From contig JBLDXI010000021.1 in assembly GCA_047495785.1 (NCBI GenBank), positions 1,550,001 to 1,614,000 on the forward strand: DNA of 64,000 bases, read 5' to 3'. Positions within the stretch are counted from its first letter, which is position 1. Every line of letters starts with the position of its first letter. Source of the DNA: Lepidodermella squamata (lineage: Eukaryota; Animalia; Gastrotricha). This document shows positions 62,301 to 64,000 of this stretch, piece after piece. Position numbers and translations under genes: made by a program. Below the pieces are notes generated by a model, which saw only the letters and a list, made by a program, of their open reading frames with translations, had not been told where the DNA came from and searched no databases.

Positions 62301-64000
62301 ATTGAAGCTATACGATCAGTTCGAGCCAGTGTCAATTTTGATTAATGACTGCTACAGCGGGTTTTTCAATTTCATGATGGTTCATGTCTTTTTGTTTCAC
62401 GTCCACAATCTTTAAAACTAGTAAGTTTTCTTTTTAAATAAACACTCACTCGAACACACAAAAGTTTTAGAAAAAGAAAGGCAGCTTGGAATAGAAGTAA
62501 CTTTTCAGTAATAGAAAACCTTCATCGTCAAAAAACGGGCGAAAAAAAGATATTACAAATGTTGTGCAACAAAGAGACACATGTGCGCGGTTCAAAGTGC
62601 GATCAGTCCGAAGGTTTGCGTAATACTAAGGCTATATACGTACGTACGTCATTCTTAAATCGCGTCTGTGGACAACAAATCGCTAAAAATTGCGGTTGAG
62701 CTCATCGCTGTTGCTAAATTTTTCATCATAAAAAGCCAAACAAACGAAAGAGAAAGCTACATACCGGGAATGGATGGCGAACTCGTAGACATTAACAGGT
62801 AGAAATAATCGCAACGTCAAGAACTTCAGATTAACGTCTCCGAGCCTCGCTTTCGTATTACAATATTTCCAAAGGAGCGAAAACTACTCGAACAGGTTAT
62901 ACACGATCATGGGGCAAAAAATGAAGAAGTTTCAACGTTTGAATGGAGCAACCAAGCTAGAGAAAATCAGACAACGGAGCCACGGCGAGCCACCTGAGCC
63001 AAAAATTCATCGTCATCAACTATTGTACGAATATATATATGCATACGCTTCAAGAGTAAGTAAGAAGAGAAGAAGTAAAGAAGATGTAGGAACACCGAAA
63101 CCAAAATTTACACGACGCGCCTTCGTGCGGATGATAGGCTTATCACTAAGTCAAGTCGATGAACTCAGCTGCGCCATTTTACAAGCACTGATCATGACAA
63201 TTAACACATTAGCACTGCGCTCTTCGATAAACTAATGATAAGAAAACTTAAGAGAACACCGATTTTTACAGCCATTAGTTTTACAAAGAAACATCTGCAA
63301 CAAGCCCTGCCCTGCATGCCTTGTCCGATTATTATAAGAAAACTGTAGTTATTGTAGATCGAAGAAGCCAAAATGTAGCTGATTTGAAGTAAACTGAACA
63401 TGTATATCAAAGAAATGGAAAGAACACCGTTATAGGTACTATGCAGTCGATTTAAATTCGACAAAAGTGGATATCATCAGAAAAAATGAAGCCTTGGGAG
63501 TAGAAAAACGAAGATACAAGCATTTGCGTCGAAATTTGCCAAGAAACGGAGAAGAGCAGAGTCGATGTCATCATTTGATATCGACCTGAACTCACTAGTT
63601 TTTGGAGTGAATGTTAAGATTGATGCAAGGTAATCATTGAATAATTCTTAGTCAGGTAGTGGCTCTGTGGTAATGGCAGATAAAGTGGGCAATTCCCTTT
63701 TAGAATAAATGCATCTCAGTCCTTGCTAATTAGCGAATATCATCTTCTATCGATTATAGTGATCATGAGATGAACAGGTGTTTACATTAGAAGAGCAAGT
63801 TGAAGATGAAAACTTCAACGAAAATCACAATACACAAAGCAGTAGTGTAAATTACACCCCAACAAGCCGTTCAAAATCGAACTCCCTATAAATCGTAGTC
63901 TCTGGGCTAGGAAATCACATCGCGAATCAAAGAGTCTAGTATTCTATCATCATTAAAAAGAAATGCCAACAATGTGCTATGACGATCAAGATCACGACGC

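Noticed and set aside
59460-64000. Short ORFs including 62909-63235 (108 aa)
   Set aside because: AT-rich sequence, no recognisable domains or consistent exon chain; probably UTR, intron or intergenic DNA.

Overview
Gene-dense eukaryotic (metazoan, invertebrate-type) nuclear DNA with very short (~45-70 nt) GT-AG introns. Genes in order: SNRNP200/Brr2 (5' part, -), a divergent NDC1-like nucleoporin, ALDH3, two tandem NRBF2-like paralogs (+), a glass-type C2H2 factor, LETM1, SEPSECS, GPAM (-), GLT1D1, GST-theta, RPL23A, TMEM94, RAB35, MIPEP (+), a FASTK-family gene, a small TIMM10B gene not resolved by the ORF track, DNAJC30 (-), DNALI1, a coiled-coil gene (+), a MORN3 pseudogene (-) and KDM3/JMJD1 (+). 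Mobile DNA comprises two TA-flanked MITEs, a Helitron/Helentron-like relic in a MIPEP intron and a deleted CR1/L2-like LINE. Housekeeping genes lie in co-oriented runs with 100-660 nt stop-to-start gaps and splice-acceptor-like sequences just before the ATG, suggesting operons resolved by spliced-leader trans-splicing (inference). The most striking observation is that the TIMM10B stop codon overlaps the ATG of the downstream FASTK-family gene (TAATG), with an upstream UGGGA that can base-pair next to the junction. This resembles viral termination-reinitiation (TURBS) signals, here in a cellular all-mitochondrial gene run. All gene identities come from my recognition of motifs, not from database searches. 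The last ~5 kb looks non-coding.
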